The notes below the pieces were generated by a model. It had not been told where the DNA came from and searched no databases. It saw only the letters and a program-made list of their open reading frames with translations. Made by a program: the position numbers and the translations under genes. 64,000 nt of DNA, taken from positions 17,484,001 through 17,548,000 of the forward strand of contig OZ024763.1 in assembly GCA_964016885.1 (NCBI GenBank), read 5' to 3'. The stretch comes from Eledone cirrhosa (lineage: Eukaryota). This document shows, piece by piece, positions 12,389 through 26,277 of the stretch (positions are counted from its first letter, which is position 1; each line of letters starts with the position of its first letter).

Positions 12389-12817
12389 GGGCAAGCACCT
12401 TTCTCTCCGGACAACAACTCAACCCCTTCTTTAAGTACCACTTCAGAAGGAAGGTGAGAGTGGAGAGAGAGAGAGAGAGAGAGAGGCACTGCACCCCAGT
12501 AAATTTACTGAAAGGTGGGTGAATGTGGCAAAAATGGCCCAAGTGATTGGGCCTTCTCTGTATATAAACCTGTAGGTTAAAGAAGAGAACAAAAGGAAGA
12601 AAGGAGCACTTGCACAACACGCTCCTGAAGTTGAGGGTTGTTCTATCGACGGGGTATTAAACAACCCATTTGTGGCACCTCCCCCTTATTGGGGATTTCG
12701 ATTGTTATAATTGTTTGTTTGTTTCAATATTTTTACACGGCTGTATGTAAAATCCCCGGCATGTGTACTTGTTTTGTCCCCTTTTCTTGTGCGCCCTTGT
12801 GGCAAATAAAGAAATCT
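12389..12817 (+). mobile_element. Tx1/L1-like LINE 3' end within (CTAT)n
   Basis: C-terminus SKFTERWVNVAKMAQVIGPSLYINL*, ends aaataaagaaatc; homologue at 27250-27595. Confidence 0.6.
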
Positions 12818-12864
12818 ATATCTCTAACCATCTATCTATCATTCTATCTATCTATCAGTCTCAC

Positions 12865-12950
12865 ACTCCAACAAGATGCGGTGTTCGGTTTTTTTTCTTT
12901 CAAATAAAGTTTTCTTCACTTTTCTTGTTGCAAGAGTTTTGAAAGAATTT
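12865..12950 (-). CDS. Possible host exon (NSFKTLATRKVKKTLFERKKTEHRILL)
   Basis: Acceptor cctcatcctccccctacag, donor gtgaga or gtgtga, open frame. Confidence 0.2.
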
Positions 12951-13071
12951 CTGTAGGGGGAGGATGAGGACGGTGGGGTGGGGGTGACAGCTGGCAGGCA
13001 GGGGGAGGTGGGGTGCTAGCCGAGGAACGTCTGGGTGAGGAGGTTGAATAATGGGTCGAGCACGAGTTTCT

Positions 13072-13105
<34 letters not shown>

Positions 13106-13180
13106 TATGTATATATATATACATATATGTATATATATACATACATATACATGTATGTATATACATACATATACATTTAC

Positions 13181-13211
<31 letters not shown>

Positions 13212-13249
13212 TAAACATATATATATATATATATATATGTGTGTGTAAA

Positions 13250-13303
<54 letters not shown>

Positions 13304-13416
13304 TATACTTAAATGTGTATATATATATATATAAATATGTGTATATATATAAATATGTGTATATATATATAAATGTGTATATATATATATATAAATATGT
13401 GTATATATATATATAA

Positions 13417-13460
<44 letters not shown>

Positions 13461-13462
13461 AA

Positions 13463-13500
<38 letters not shown>

Positions 13501-13592
13501 TTACACACATATATATATACACACATATTTACACATATATATATATATATATACATACATACATATTTACACATATATATATATATATACAC

Positions 13593-13650
<58 letters not shown>

Positions 13651-13688
13651 TTATATATATATATGTATATATATATATACATATACAC

Positions 13689-13723
<35 letters not shown>

Positions 13724-13914
13724 TATATATAATCCTTTGAGGACAACTCTGTATGTTGTTATCTGTCAAGTTTCAACACTTTTGAAAAGAATCAATTGCA
13801 AGACTGCACAGGAAGCTGACATGGACTTACTTTACATCCACTCGACAGCTGTCACTGGCTCATCTTACCTTGACTGGGCCCTGCCCCTCCTACCTCTCAT
13901 ACCCTCCATCAGCC

Positions 13915-14480
13915 GACTACCTCCACTATATTGCCACTGCCATACCACTACCACTATATTGCCACCACTGCCATACCACCGCCACTGCCATACCACTGCC
14001 ATACCACTACCACTGCCATACCAGCACCACTATATTGCCACAACCATACCACTACCACTATATTGCCACCACTGCCATACCACTACCATACCACCGCCAT
14101 ACCACCACCACTATATTGCCACCACCATACCACCACCACTTCCATACCACCTCCACTTCCATACCACCTCCACTTCCATACCACTTCCACCATCCCACCA
14201 CCACCATACCATCCCAACACCACCACCATCACCATCCCATTCACCACCATACCATCCCAACCCCACCCCACCAGTACCACCATCCCACCACCACCATACC
14301 ATCCCAACACCACCATACCATCCCACCACCCCACCACCACCACCATACCATCCCACCACCACCACCACCACCATCCCATCACCACCATGCCACCACCACC
14401 ACCATCCCACCACCACCATGCCACCACCATCTCACCACCACCATCCCACCCCACCACCACCACCATACCATTCACCATCC
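13915..14480. repeat. (CCA)n-derived low-complexity repeat
   Basis: Direct reading. Confidence 0.9.
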
Positions 14481-14924
14481 CCCTCTCCTACCTGTTATGT
14501 TGTTAGAAAAACTTTACTTTAGATTTGGGCATTAAATATTACACCTATAATAGCCTCTCTCTCTCTCTCTCTCTACCTTTCCTACCCATCTATCCTTCTC
14601 TCTCTACGCATCTCTCTCTCTCTGTCTCTCCCCCCTCTACATCTCTTTCTCTCTCTCTACCCCCCTCCTCTCTCTCATTAGTGACACTGAATACAAAGAC
14701 AGCCTGCTTATATATATACATACATACATATACATACATACATATATATATATACATACACACATAAATATATATAATATATATTTATGTATATATATAA
14801 TATATATTTATGCATACACATATATATTTATATGTATATATATATATATTATACATATATATATATTTATACATATATATATGTATATATATATACAATA
14901 TATATATTTATTTATATATATGTG

Positions 14925-14978
<54 letters not shown>

Positions 14979-14992
14979 CACATTTATATATG

Positions 14993-15037
<45 letters not shown>

Positions 15038-15135
15038 TGTTAAGAGTTCTTATATAAGGATGCCAAAGAAAAAAATAAATATATATAGCGTTAAGAGTTC
15101 TTATATAAAAGTATGAGGTAAAAGAAAAATATATT

Positions 15136-15176
<41 letters not shown>

Positions 15177-15362
15177 CTGTGTATGTATGTATGTGTGTAT
15201 ATAAATATTTATATACATTTATATATATGTATGTGTGTATATATATAAACCATTTAAATATATATATGTGTGTATATATATCTATATATATATGTGTGTG
15301 TATGTATGTGTGTATATAAATATTTATATACATTTATATATGTGTATGTGTGCATATGTATC

Positions 15363-15399
<37 letters not shown>

Positions 15400-15560
15400 A
15401 TATATCTATATATATATATGTGTGTGTGTGTGTGTATGTGTATATAAAAATATTTATTTATATATATATGTGTGTGTGTATATAGATAGTAGACACATAT
15501 ACATACTCAGGTACAGCCACACATACGTATATATGTGTCTGTATGTCTTTGTGTCTTAAG

Positions 15561-15714
15561 ATTTCTTATGTAAAGACTGGCTGAGGCCAAACAGGAGAAG
15601 AAAGTGGAATTTTTCTCCAAAGAAACTGAAGATATTTATGTTAGTGTTCAGAGACTTAGGATTCTGTGGTATAGAAGGATGCCAGAGATGGGAAAATACT
15701 TATGCTATGGAAAG
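15561..15714 (+). CDS. Possible 154-nt host exon
   Basis: Acceptor tctttgtgtcttaag, AG|gtacaa, open frame FLCKDWLRPNRRRKWNFSPKKLKIFMLVFRDLGFCGIEGCQRWENTYAME. Confidence 0.2.
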
Positions 15715-15721
15715 GTACAAA

Positions 15722-15791
<70 letters not shown>

Positions 15792-15849
15792 TTTACATCC
15801 GTTTATATATATATATATAATTTATATATATAATATATATAATATATAT

Positions 15850-16081
15850 ATCATTCATTATCATTTTTCATTTCATTTTACGTCCGCTTTTTCCCTGCTT
15901 GCAAGGGTGAGACGGGAACTGATTCTGGCTTGAGTTCTACAGCTGGATGCCCTTCCTAACACCAACCTCATTTACAGTGAGTGCTGGGTGCTTTTTTGCC
16001 GTGGCACCTCCACGACCACTTTGCAGTGGAATGATATGGACCCCAGTCCCTATCATCTCATTTCTACAGCTGAGTAAACTG
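15850..16081 (-). mobile_element. SINE-1, 5'-truncated
   Basis: Homology. Confidence 0.85.
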
Positions 16082-16102
16082 TATAAATATATATATATAT
16101 AA

Positions 16103-16151
<49 letters not shown>

Positions 16152-16176
16152 TAATATATGTAAAATATATATAATA

Positions 16177-16620
16177 CTAGCAGTGGTACCCGGCGTTGCA
16201 CGGGATAAGGTATTTTGGAACGTGGGTCGCCAATAGACCTAAAAACTGCATGCCTGGACAATATGTAAAGAAAATAAACCGAATACTCTGATGGCTGGAT
16301 AATCTTTAAGATTTTCCTCGATGAAGCAGGAAAAGTGCAGGTTTTCACCTAATGCGGGCCCTAGGGGATCAAGAAAATGAATTTTTTTAATGTGCATAAT
16401 ATGCCTTGAAATTTCGGGAAAATCGGCTAGACATAACGCCTCCAAAAAGCCCTAAGAAGCTGAAAAAATGAAGTTTTTCACCTAATGCAGACCCTAGGCC
16501 ACAAGAAAGTTGGATTTTCTTTGCTTACGGTATAAAGAAGAGACTGACTAATACATAGTTACAATTTCAAGGAAATCAGTCTGACGTAATGCCTCAAAAA
16601 ACCCCTAAAATTGTTAAACA
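16177..16620 (-). mobile_element. Non-autonomous Helitron, 3' part
   Basis: Minus strand cccgtgcaacgccgggtaccactgCTAG|T; same terminus as 38311-38348. Confidence 0.7.
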
Positions 16621-16626
16621 ACGCAG

Positions 16627-16740
16627 TTAAGGATGAAAGGCAAAGTAAACCTTGGCGGGATTTGAACTCAGAATGGCAAGGACCGTAACTCTATGCGTCA
16701 AAGCATGGCGTCCGACCCTCTACCGATACTGCCAATCCAT
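16627..16740 (-). mobile_element. SINE-2, partial
   Basis: Homology. Confidence 0.8.
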
Positions 16741-16822
16741 AATATTAGATAAATATATAATATCTGATTTTATAATTCATCATTTCACTCTCATCCGTCT
16801 CTTTCTTTAATTTCTCATTCTT

Positions 16823-16858
16823 TCTTCTGATGAAGGACTAGTGTCTGAAACGTTAAGA
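16823..16858 (+). ncRNA. Minimal hammerhead motif
   Basis: TCTT-CTGATGA-a-GGACtagtGTCT-GAAACGTT-AAGA; second copy at 57399. Confidence 0.7.
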
Positions 16859-17139
16859 CTCTTTTCCTACTATATCAAGTGTAAAACTAATATATTTCTT
16901 CATTGTACTGTGTTATTTGCTTTGTCGTTTCTGTTTACTCTTTTCATATATATATGTGTGTGTATATGTATGTATGTTTGTGGGTGTGTATGGAAAGGTA
17001 TTTAACCATAGAAAACTCGCCAAACTTTTGGGAGAACCCTTCAGTTGTATGAAAGACATGGCAACCTATGCTACATTGTAAATGTTATATGATGCAAAAT
17101 GACAGCGTGATTTATACACAAGATTATAATGTATTTAGT

Positions 17140-18425
17140 TCTTCTTGTTCTTGTGCTTTGCCCACTTATTCCTGAAAGGGTCGTTGGGGTAGAGTTCTCA
17201 AACACTCCTTATAGTGGCTCCTGCCAGAAGCAACCGTCTCCATCTAATCCAGCTGGATCCCCAAGCAATACCAGCCAAGCTCATGGATGTTATCCAACCA
17301 TCTTGCTTGGGGTCTACCCCTGGGTCTCCTACCTGTTGGTGGTGATACCCATAAAATCTCTCCAGTGATTCTTTCCCGAGACATTGTAACCACATGCACA
17401 TAGTACCGGAGTTGTGATCTCTCAATTCAGAGAAGTAGTGGCTCTACCTAGAGTGACTCTCTGATCTCCAAGCTACATATCTGTCCAGTGATTCTTTCCT
17501 GAGACATTCTAATCACATGTCCGTAGTACCAGAGCTGTGATCTCTCAATTCAGAGAAGTAGTGGCACTACCTGGAGTGACTCTCTGATCTCTGAGCTATA
17601 AATCTGTCCAGTGATTCTTTCCTGAGGCATTCTAACCACATGTCCATAGTATCAGAGCTGTGATCTCTCAATTCGGAGAAGTAACAGCTCAACCAGGAGT
17701 GACTCTCTGATCTCCAAGCTACAAATCTGTCCAGTGATTCTTTCCTGAGACTGTCTAACCACATGTCCATAGTATCAGAGCTGTGATCTCTCAATTCAGA
17801 GAAGTAGTGGCTCTACCTGGAGTGACTCTCTGATCTCCAAGCTACAAATCTGTCCAGTGATTCTTTCCTGAGACTGTCTAACCACATGTCCATAGTATCA
17901 GAGCTGTGATCTCTCAATTCAGAGAAGTAGTGGCTCTACCTGGAGTGACTCTCTGATCTCCAAGCTACAAATCTGTCCAGTGATTCTTTCTTGAGGCATT
18001 CTAACCACATGTCCATAGTATCAGAGCTGTGATCTCTCAATTCAGAGAAGTAGTGGCTCTACCTGGAGTGACTCTCTGATCTCCAAGCTACATATCTGTC
18101 CAGTGATTCTTTCCTGAGACATTCTAATCACATGTCCGTAGTATCAGACCTGTGATCTCTCAATTCAGAGAAGTAGCAGCTCTACCTGGAGTGACTCTCT
18201 GATCTCAGCTATAAATCTGCCCAGTGATTCTTTCCCGAGACATTCTAACCTCATGTCCGTAGTATCAGACCTGTGGTCTCTCAATATGGAGAAGTAGCAG
18301 CTCTATCTGGAGTGACTCTCTGATCTCCGAGTTACACACTTTATCGAATAAGGTTACACCAAAGACCCTTTGGAGGAATCCCTTTTCAGTTGCTGATATT
18401 CGTGATCATATTCTTTTGGTCATTA
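17140..18425 (-). mobile_element. RTE-like LINE 3' fragment with ~8 tandem 123-bp units
   Basis: Encodes EIRESLQVEPLLL-IERSQL-YYGHVVRM; ccagtgattctttc recurs every 123 bp from 17362 to 18222. Confidence 0.8.
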
Positions 18426-18699
18426 ATGTATTTAGTTGTTTTACAAAATCTATGAACATTATCATTAGCTTTCAAAATAAATTGAAACACTTAAACAAGA
18501 CAAGTGCATACAATTAATTAGAAATGTGATCACAGTTTAACTTACAACTATGTAATTAAATTGTGGTTTTATTCAGAATTTTTGATATATTTCTTAATTA
18601 TGAAGGTCAACTGAAAAGTTCAGAGGCTGACCAAATGAGGTTTATTTTTCACCATAGTCCCTGGAAAGAAACAATATATATTATATATATATATTCATT

Positions 18700-19159
<460 letters not shown>

Positions 19160-19297
19160 AAAGGATTTAACATGTTTTAAACTAGTAAGATGATTATTCA
19201 GTAGAGTACTCAATACTTGGGATAGTAGAGTGTGACTATATTAGAAAGAGTTGGGGCCCGATGGCTGAGAGCTCTTGCCGTTTTGATGGTTAATATA

Positions 19298-19329
<32 letters not shown>

Positions 19330-20332
19330 CACAAGAGTGAGCTGAAACATTTATAGGCTGACTATGAATGAGTGATGCTAGAGCTGTGAAATCTTGCATA
19401 CATTAATTTCAACTTTTCATAGTAATAACTGCATTGTTTCTTTCCTGGGACTATGTTGAAAAATAAACCATCATTTGGTCATTCCATGAGAGTATCTTGG
19501 TCAGCCTTTGAAATTTTCTGCTTAATAACTGCATTATTTCTTTTCTGGGACCATGTTGAAAAATAAACCATCATTTGGTCATTCCATGAGAGTATCTTGG
19601 TCAGCCTTTGAAATTTTCTGCTTAATAACTACATTATTTCTTTTCTGGGACCATGTTGAAAAATAAACCATCATTTGGTCATTCCATGAGAGTATCTTGG
19701 TCAGCCTTTGAAATTTTCTGCTTAATAACTGCATTATTTCTTTCCTGGGATCATGTTGAAAAATAAACCTCCATTTGGTCATTCCATGAGAGTATCTTGG
19801 TCAGCCTTTGAAATTTTCTGCTTAATAACTGCATTATTTCTTTCCTGGGACTATGTTGAAAAATAAACCATCATTTGGTCATTCCATGAGAGTATCTTGG
19901 TCAGCCTTTGAAATCTTCTGCTTAATAACTGCATTATTTCTTTCCTGGGACTATGTTGAAAAATAAACCTCCATTTGGTCATTCCATGAGAGTATCTTGG
20001 TCAGCCTTTGAAATTTTCTGCTTAATAACTGCATTATTTCTTTCCTGGGACTATGTTGAAAAATAAACCATCATTTGGTCATTCCATGAGAGTATCTTGG
20101 TCAGCCTTTGAAATCTTCTGCTTAATAACTGCATTATTTCTTTCCTGGGACTATGTTGAAAAATAAACCTCCATTTGGTCATTCCATGAGAGTATCTTGG
20201 TCAGCCTTTGAAATTTTCTGCTTAATAACTGCATTATTTCTTTTCTGGGACCATGTTGAAAAATAAACCATTATTTGGTCATTCCATGAGAGTATCTTGG
20301 TCAGCTTAGGAACTTTTCAGCTGATTCACATA
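19330..20332. mobile_element. mariner-like MITE with ~9 tandem 100-bp internal units
   Basis: Termini resemble gctgaaaagtt..ggctgac / gtcagc..aacttttcagc; period exactly 100 bp; unexpanded copy at 20840-21044. Confidence 0.75.
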
Positions 20333-20359
20333 TATGCATATGTGTATATATTCTAGTTA

Positions 20360-20395
<36 letters not shown>

Positions 20396-20404
<9 letters not shown>

Positions 20405-20796
20405 TTAAAAAATAATGAATAAAACAATGAAACAGTTCCTAATATTAAACAAAAAAAGTTCATTATTTAACGATCGTTTCTAGGACATATATGTGTTAGA
20501 ATTGGCATGCATATTCAACAGATCTATGTACAAAATTATACAAAATTATACAAACTATCAAATATAATATACATACCAACACATACATATGCCGTCTTCA
20601 GAAATAATATGTTTAATATAAGGAACTGTTTCATTGTTTTATTCATTATTTTTTTAATATTTTATCTTGACTCTGTATTCCGTTTATCTTTCACCGAAAG
20701 TGATTTTTGAATGCATCTCTTCTTTCCATGATATCCGGATTACATTGAGTTCTTCATACGGATTGGACACTACCGTAAACTCTTGGTAGATTTATC

Positions 20797-20800
<4 letters not shown>
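20396..20800. mobile_element. Penelope-like remnant: inverted arms 20396-20450 and 20611-20665 enclosing a minus-strand hammerhead (20462-20608)
   Basis: Minus strand attattt-CTGAAGA-long stem II-GAAACGATCGTT-aaataat. Confidence 0.7.
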
Positions 20801-20839
<39 letters not shown>

Positions 20840-20845
<6 letters not shown>

Positions 20846-21044
20846 AGATGCACTGAAAAGTCAGAGGTTGACTATGAATGAGTGATTTTAGGGCTGTGAA
20901 ATCTTGCATGCATTAATTTTCAACTCTTCTTCTTAATAACTGCATTGTTCCTCTCCTGGGATTATGTTGAAAAATAAACCTCCATTTGGTGATTCCATGA
21001 GAGTACCTTGGTCAGCCTATCAACCTTTTCTCCTGGCTCTCGTA
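20840..21044. mobile_element. mariner-like MITE, unexpanded
   Basis: Homologous to 19330-20332, 18600-18675 and 36397-36505. Confidence 0.7.
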
Positions 21045-21169
21045 AACTCTATACATGTAGTGTAATATTACGATGGATTTTTACTGAAGACTTTTATCTC
21101 TAAAATGGCTTTTAATGATATAAAGTATTATGAAACTGTCCCATAGGTCTTATAACTTGTCAAAATATT

Positions 21170-21900
21170 TGGTGGTGGTTGCGGCGGCGGTGGTGATGGA
21201 GGTGGGGGGGGGCAGTGGTGGTAGTCGAGGCGGTGGCGGTGATGGTGTTAGTTGGTGATGGTAGTGTTTGGTTGGGGGTGGGTGGGGGGTATTTGTGGTT
21301 AGTGGTGGTGGGTTAGTTGGTAGTGATGGTGGTGGTGGTGGTGGTGGTGGTGGGGCAGTGGTCGTGTTAGTGGTGGTGGTGGTGGTGGTGGTGGCAGTGG
21401 TGTTTGGTGATCGTGTTGGTGGTGGTGGTGGTGGGGCAGTGGTGGTGATGGTGTTGTTAGTGGTGGTGGTGGTGGCAGTGGTGTTTGGTGATCGTGTTGG
21501 TGGTGGTGGCAGCAGTGGTGGTGATGGTGGTGGGACAGTGGTGTTTGGTGATCGTGTTGGTGGTGGTGGCAGCAGTGGTGGTGGTGGTGGTGGCGGTGGC
21601 AGTGGTGTTTGGTGATCGTGTTGGTGGTGGTGGTGGCAGTAGTGGTGGTGGTGGTGGCAGTATTGGTGGTGTGCGGTGGTGTTGGTGGTGGCAGCTGTGG
21701 TGGTGGTGGTGGTGGTGGCAGCTGTGGTGGTGGTGGTGGTGGTGGTGGCAGTAGTGGTGGTGTGCGGTGGTGTTGGTGGTGGCAGCTGTGGTGGTGGTGG
21801 TGGTGGTGGCAGCTGTGGTGGTGGTGGTGGTGGTGGTGGCAGTAGTGGTGGTGTGTGGTGGCAGTAGTGGTGGTGTGTGGTGGTGGTGTGTGGTGGTGGA
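21170..21900. repeat. (TGG)n-based minisatellite
   Basis: Direct reading. Confidence 0.9.
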
Positions 21901-22109
21901 TGGGACATAAATATGTATTCTCCAATGCTATCATATTAAAGTTTAGTAAATATTGGATTAGAAAATGAAATTTATGTAGCCAGACATTAAAACTTGATAA
22001 TGGATCAATACCAGAATTGTTTAAGTTATATAATAGTCATCATCATCATCATCATAGTATTTATTGTCATCATCATCATTATTATCATCACCACTATCAT
22101 CAGTGAATG

Positions 22110-22426
22110 CCTGTGTGTGTGTGTGTGTGTCTGTGTACTTTACTTTATATGTGGGTGTGCTTGTGTGTGTGCTGTATATGTGGGAACCTGCATGAGTAGG
22201 TAGACGTGTGTGGTGTGCATGGGTGCTAGCGTCTGTGTGTATGTGTGGGTGTCTGTGTGTATGTGTGGGTGTCTGTGTGTATGTGTGGGTGTCTGTATGC
22301 ATGCGTGGGTGTCTGTGCATGTGGGGGGGGGGGGGTGCTTGTGTGTATGGGGGGGGCGTTTGTGTGTATGTGTGGGTGCGTGCCTGTGTGTGTGTGTGGG
22401 GGGCGCCTGTATGCATGTGGGGCCTT

Positions 22427-22458
<32 letters not shown>

Positions 22459-23080
22459 GGTACTTTATATGTGGGTGTGCTTGTGTGTGTGCTGTGTATG
22501 TGGGAACCTGCATGAGTGGGTAAACATGTGTATGGTGTGCGTGGGTGCTAGCATCTGTGTGTGGGAGCCTGTGTGTATGTGTGGGTATGTGCTTGTGTGG
22601 GTTCCTGTGTGTATGGGAGGGTTGTGTGTATGTGTGGGTTCCTGTGTGTATGGGGGGGGTTGTGTGTATGTGTGGGTTCCTGTGTGTATGGGGGGGGTTG
22701 TGTGTATGTGTGGGTATGTGCTTGTGTGGGTTCCTGTGTGTATGGGAGGGTTGTGTGTATGTGTGGGTTCCTGTGTGTATGGGGGTGTTGTGTGTATGTG
22801 TGGGTTCCTGTGTGTATGGGGGGGGTTGTGTGTATGTGTGGGTATGTGCTTGTGTGGGTTCCTGTGTGTATGGGAGGGTTGTGTGTATGTGTGGGTTCCT
22901 GTGTGTATGGGGGGTGTTGTGTGTATGTGTGGGTGCCTGCGTGTGTGTGGGTGTATGCGTGGGGGGGGCTGTGTGTGGGGCCTGTATGCGTGTGGGGGGG
23001 GGGGCTGTGTGTGTATGGTCGCCTGCATGTATATGAGGTTGCCTGTGCATGTTTGTGGCGAGCTTGTGGGTGTGTGTGTA
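22110..23080. repeat. GT-rich minisatellite (gtgggttcctgtgtgtatggg units)
   Basis: Direct reading. Confidence 0.85.
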
Positions 23081-23083
23081 TAT

Positions 23084-23084
<1 letters not shown>

Positions 23085-23115
<31 letters not shown>

Positions 23116-23515
23116 ATTACGTCCACTCTTCCCTGCTTGCAAGGGAGGGACGGGCCCCTATTCAGCACAGCATCCCTCCACATGTCACGGTCCTTCGTCA
23201 TCTCCTCTGTGAGCTGCAGTGATCTGAGATCAGCTCTCACCACTCCTGCCCATGATTTTCGTGGTCTTCCTCTACTGCGTCTTCCTTCCACTGGAATTTC
23301 TTGGCACTTCTTTACCCAGCGGTCATCCTCCATGCGCATCACATGTCCATACCAGCGCAGTCTTCTCTCCTGCACACCACAACTTATACCCAGTTTCACT
23401 TATACCCAGTTTCTTTCTCAACTCATCTATGCTTGGTCGTTCACACACATTGACATTGCACATCCAACGGAGCATGCTTGATTCCTTTCTCTCCAGCCGT
23501 CACATATCCTCGGCA
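23085..23515 (-). mobile_element. RTE LINE 3' fragment
   Basis: ERRLRWYGHVMRMEDDRWVKKC..GRRSRGRPRKSW; (ATG)n tail. Confidence 0.9.
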
Positions 23516-23906
23516 TTAGATGATTCGAACATTTTCAATTCAACACAGTTTACAGGGGAGAGGGTTAATAGAATTTCGCCACCATTACGAAAACACTAAT
23601 TCATTTAAAATTTGAAACGAAAAAAATAAAAATACGTATAAATGTCAAAAACAAAAAAAAAGTATACATCGGGAAAAAAATATAATTAAGCTACAAATTT
23701 ATAATTATCAAACTGATCATTGCAATTACAATTAAAACGAAAACAATTTTGAAAAATAAACACCTAGAACTAAATATTTAATTTAGTTTTGGAGTAAAAT
23801 GTTGGCTAAATACGAAAATATATCAATATGAGACTGGAGGCGGAATCCTGATACACAATTCCATAATTTTCTACCAGCCGAAATACGATTCTCGCTGAAT
23901 TATATT

Positions 23907-23939
<33 letters not shown>

Positions 23940-24102
23940 ATAGATGTGTGTGTGTGTGTGTGTGTATAGATGTGTGTGTGTGTGTGTATATGTATATATA
24001 TATATGTGTATGTGTATATATATATGTATATATGTGTGTGTGCATGTGTATATATACATCTGTGTGTATATATATATGTGTATATATATATGTGTGTATA
24101 TG

Positions 24103-24133
<31 letters not shown>

Positions 24134-24304
24134 ATGTATATATATGTGTATATATATATGTATATATGTGTGTGTATGTGTATATATATGTATGTATATA
24201 TGTATATGTATGTATATATATGTGTGTGTGTATGTATATATATGTGTATATATATATATATGTATATATATGTGTATATATATATATATATGTATATATA
24301 TGTG

Positions 24305-24353
<49 letters not shown>

Positions 24354-24357
24354 GTAC

Positions 24358-24406
<49 letters not shown>

Positions 24407-24544
24407 TATAATTTAGATTAAATTAGCATTTAAAAAACAACAAAAATTAAATTGTAAAAGACATTAAGAATGGAGGAGCAGAAAGGAAAGAAAAGTATGA
24501 TTGCTTAGGTTTTGATTAAGAAGAGTCATCATCATCATCATCAT

Positions 24545-25070
24545 CAGTGTCTTCTTTTTCTTCTTCGCCTTCTTCTTCTTCTTTGCCTTCCTTTTTCTTC
24601 TTTGCCTTCTTCTTCTTCTTCTTTTTCTTCTTCTTCTTCTTCTTCTTCTTCGCCTTCTTCTTCTTCTTTGCCCTCTTCTTCTTCTTCTTTTTCTTTTTCT
24701 TTTTCTTCTTCTTCTTTGCCTTCTTCGCCTTCTGTTTCTTCTTTGCCTTTTTCTTCTTCTTCTTCTTCGCCTTCTTCTTCGCCTTCTTCTTCGCCTTCTT
24801 CTTCTTCTTCGCCTTCTTTTTCTTCTTCGCCTTCTTCTTCTTCTTCTTCGCCTTCTTCTTCTTCTTCGCCTTCTTCTTCCTCTTCCACTTCTTCTTCTTC
24901 TTCGCCTTCTTCTTCTTCTTCTTCGCCTTCTTTTTCTTCTTCGCCTTCTTCTTCTTCTTCTTCTTCTTCTTCTTCTTCGCCTTCTTCTTCCTCTTCCACT
25001 TCTTCTTCTTCTTCGTCTTCTTCTTCGCCTTCTTCGCCTCCTCTTCCTTTTCCTCCTCATCATCCTCCTT
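24545..25070. repeat. (TTC)n with GCC interruptions
   Basis: Direct reading. Confidence 0.95.
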
Positions 25071-25104
25071 TTAAAGAAGAGTTGATATCATCATCATCAT
25101 CTCC

Positions 25105-25415
25105 TCACACTTATCCCTGAGAGGTTCATGGGGGGGAGGGTGGAGGGGGGAGTCAGTGCCCTCAAACTCAAGTTCCGGCAGGTTCTTTCGGAAGCAACCA
25201 TCCCCAAGCGTGACCAGCCAAGCTCATGGATGTTATCCAGCCATTTTGTCCAGCCTCTACTCCTGGATCTCCTGCCGGTTGGTTTTTACCTGTAAAGATC
25301 TCTCCTATAATTCTCTCCTCATACATTCTGATCACATGTCTGAAGTATCGGAGTTGTGACCTCTTGATTCGGAGAAGAAGCGGCTTTACCTGGAGCAACT
25401 CTCTCATATCCAAGC
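25105..25415 (-). mobile_element. RTE-like LINE 3' fragment, same family as 17140
   Basis: RELLQVKPLLLRIKRSQLRYFRHVIRM. Confidence 0.8.
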
Positions 25416-25564
25416 TAACTTACTTTTTCCTTACCTCCTCTTACAAGTCCATTTTGCATTGTTTAGCCTTATATCTCTTTCCATCTTATATATTATATAT
25501 ATTATATACAATGCTTCAAGCAAATTATAACATTTTATTCTATATATATACATATATATATATA

Positions 25565-25901
25565 ATGGAGGCACATGGCTTAGTGGTTAGAGCATTGGCC
25601 TTACAATTGAAAGGTTGTGAGTTCAATTCTCAGACCGGGTGATGTGTTGTTTCCTTGAGCAAGACACTTTATTTCACATTGCTCCAGTTTACTCAGCTGT
25701 AGAAATGAGATGATAGGGACTGGGGTCCCTATCATTCCACTGCAAAGTGGTCGTGGAGGTGCCACGGCAAAAAAGCACCCAGCACTCACTGTAAATGAGG
25801 TTGGTGTTAGGAAGGGCATCCAGCTGTAGAAATCAAGCCAGAATCAGTTCCCGTCCCACCCTTGCAAGCAGGGAAAAAGCGGACGTAAAATGAAATGATG
25901 A

Positions 25902-25905
<4 letters not shown>
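25565..25905 (+). mobile_element. SINE-1
   Basis: Full-length copy. Confidence 0.9.
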
Positions 25906-25957
<52 letters not shown>

Positions 25958-26145
25958 TAATAAAAACGATGAATAAAAACAAAGAAACAGTTCCTTATAT
26001 TAAAAAATTCATCATTTTACGATTGTTTCTAGGATATATATGTGTGTTGGTATGTATATCATATAGTTCTATGTAAAAATTTTACAAACTATCAGAGGAA
26101 ATATACATACCTACACATATATATGCTTTCTTCAGAAATAATGAT
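25958..26145 (-). mobile_element. Second copy of the 20396 long-stem hammerhead family
   Basis: Minus strand CTGAAGA ... GAAACAATCGTA. Confidence 0.65.
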
Positions 26146-26241
26146 ATTTGTTTATTGAAAAAAACCAACAAAGATTTAATAAAATAGGTCTGATTTCATC
26201 TTTTTTTTTTTTAATATAATAGGTCTGATTTCATCTTTTTT

Positions 26242-26270
<29 letters not shown>

Positions 26271-26277
<7 letters not shown>

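Noticed and set aside
21084-21140. CTGAAGA...GAAACTGTC
   Set aside because: Stem II does not abut GAAA and there is no stem I
24464-25063. Protamine-like poly-Arg ORF
   Set aside because: (GAA)n microsatellite, open in several frames
25601-25819. Recurrent ORF MPFLTPTSFTVSAGCFF... as a gene family
   Set aside because: Antisense translation of SINE-1
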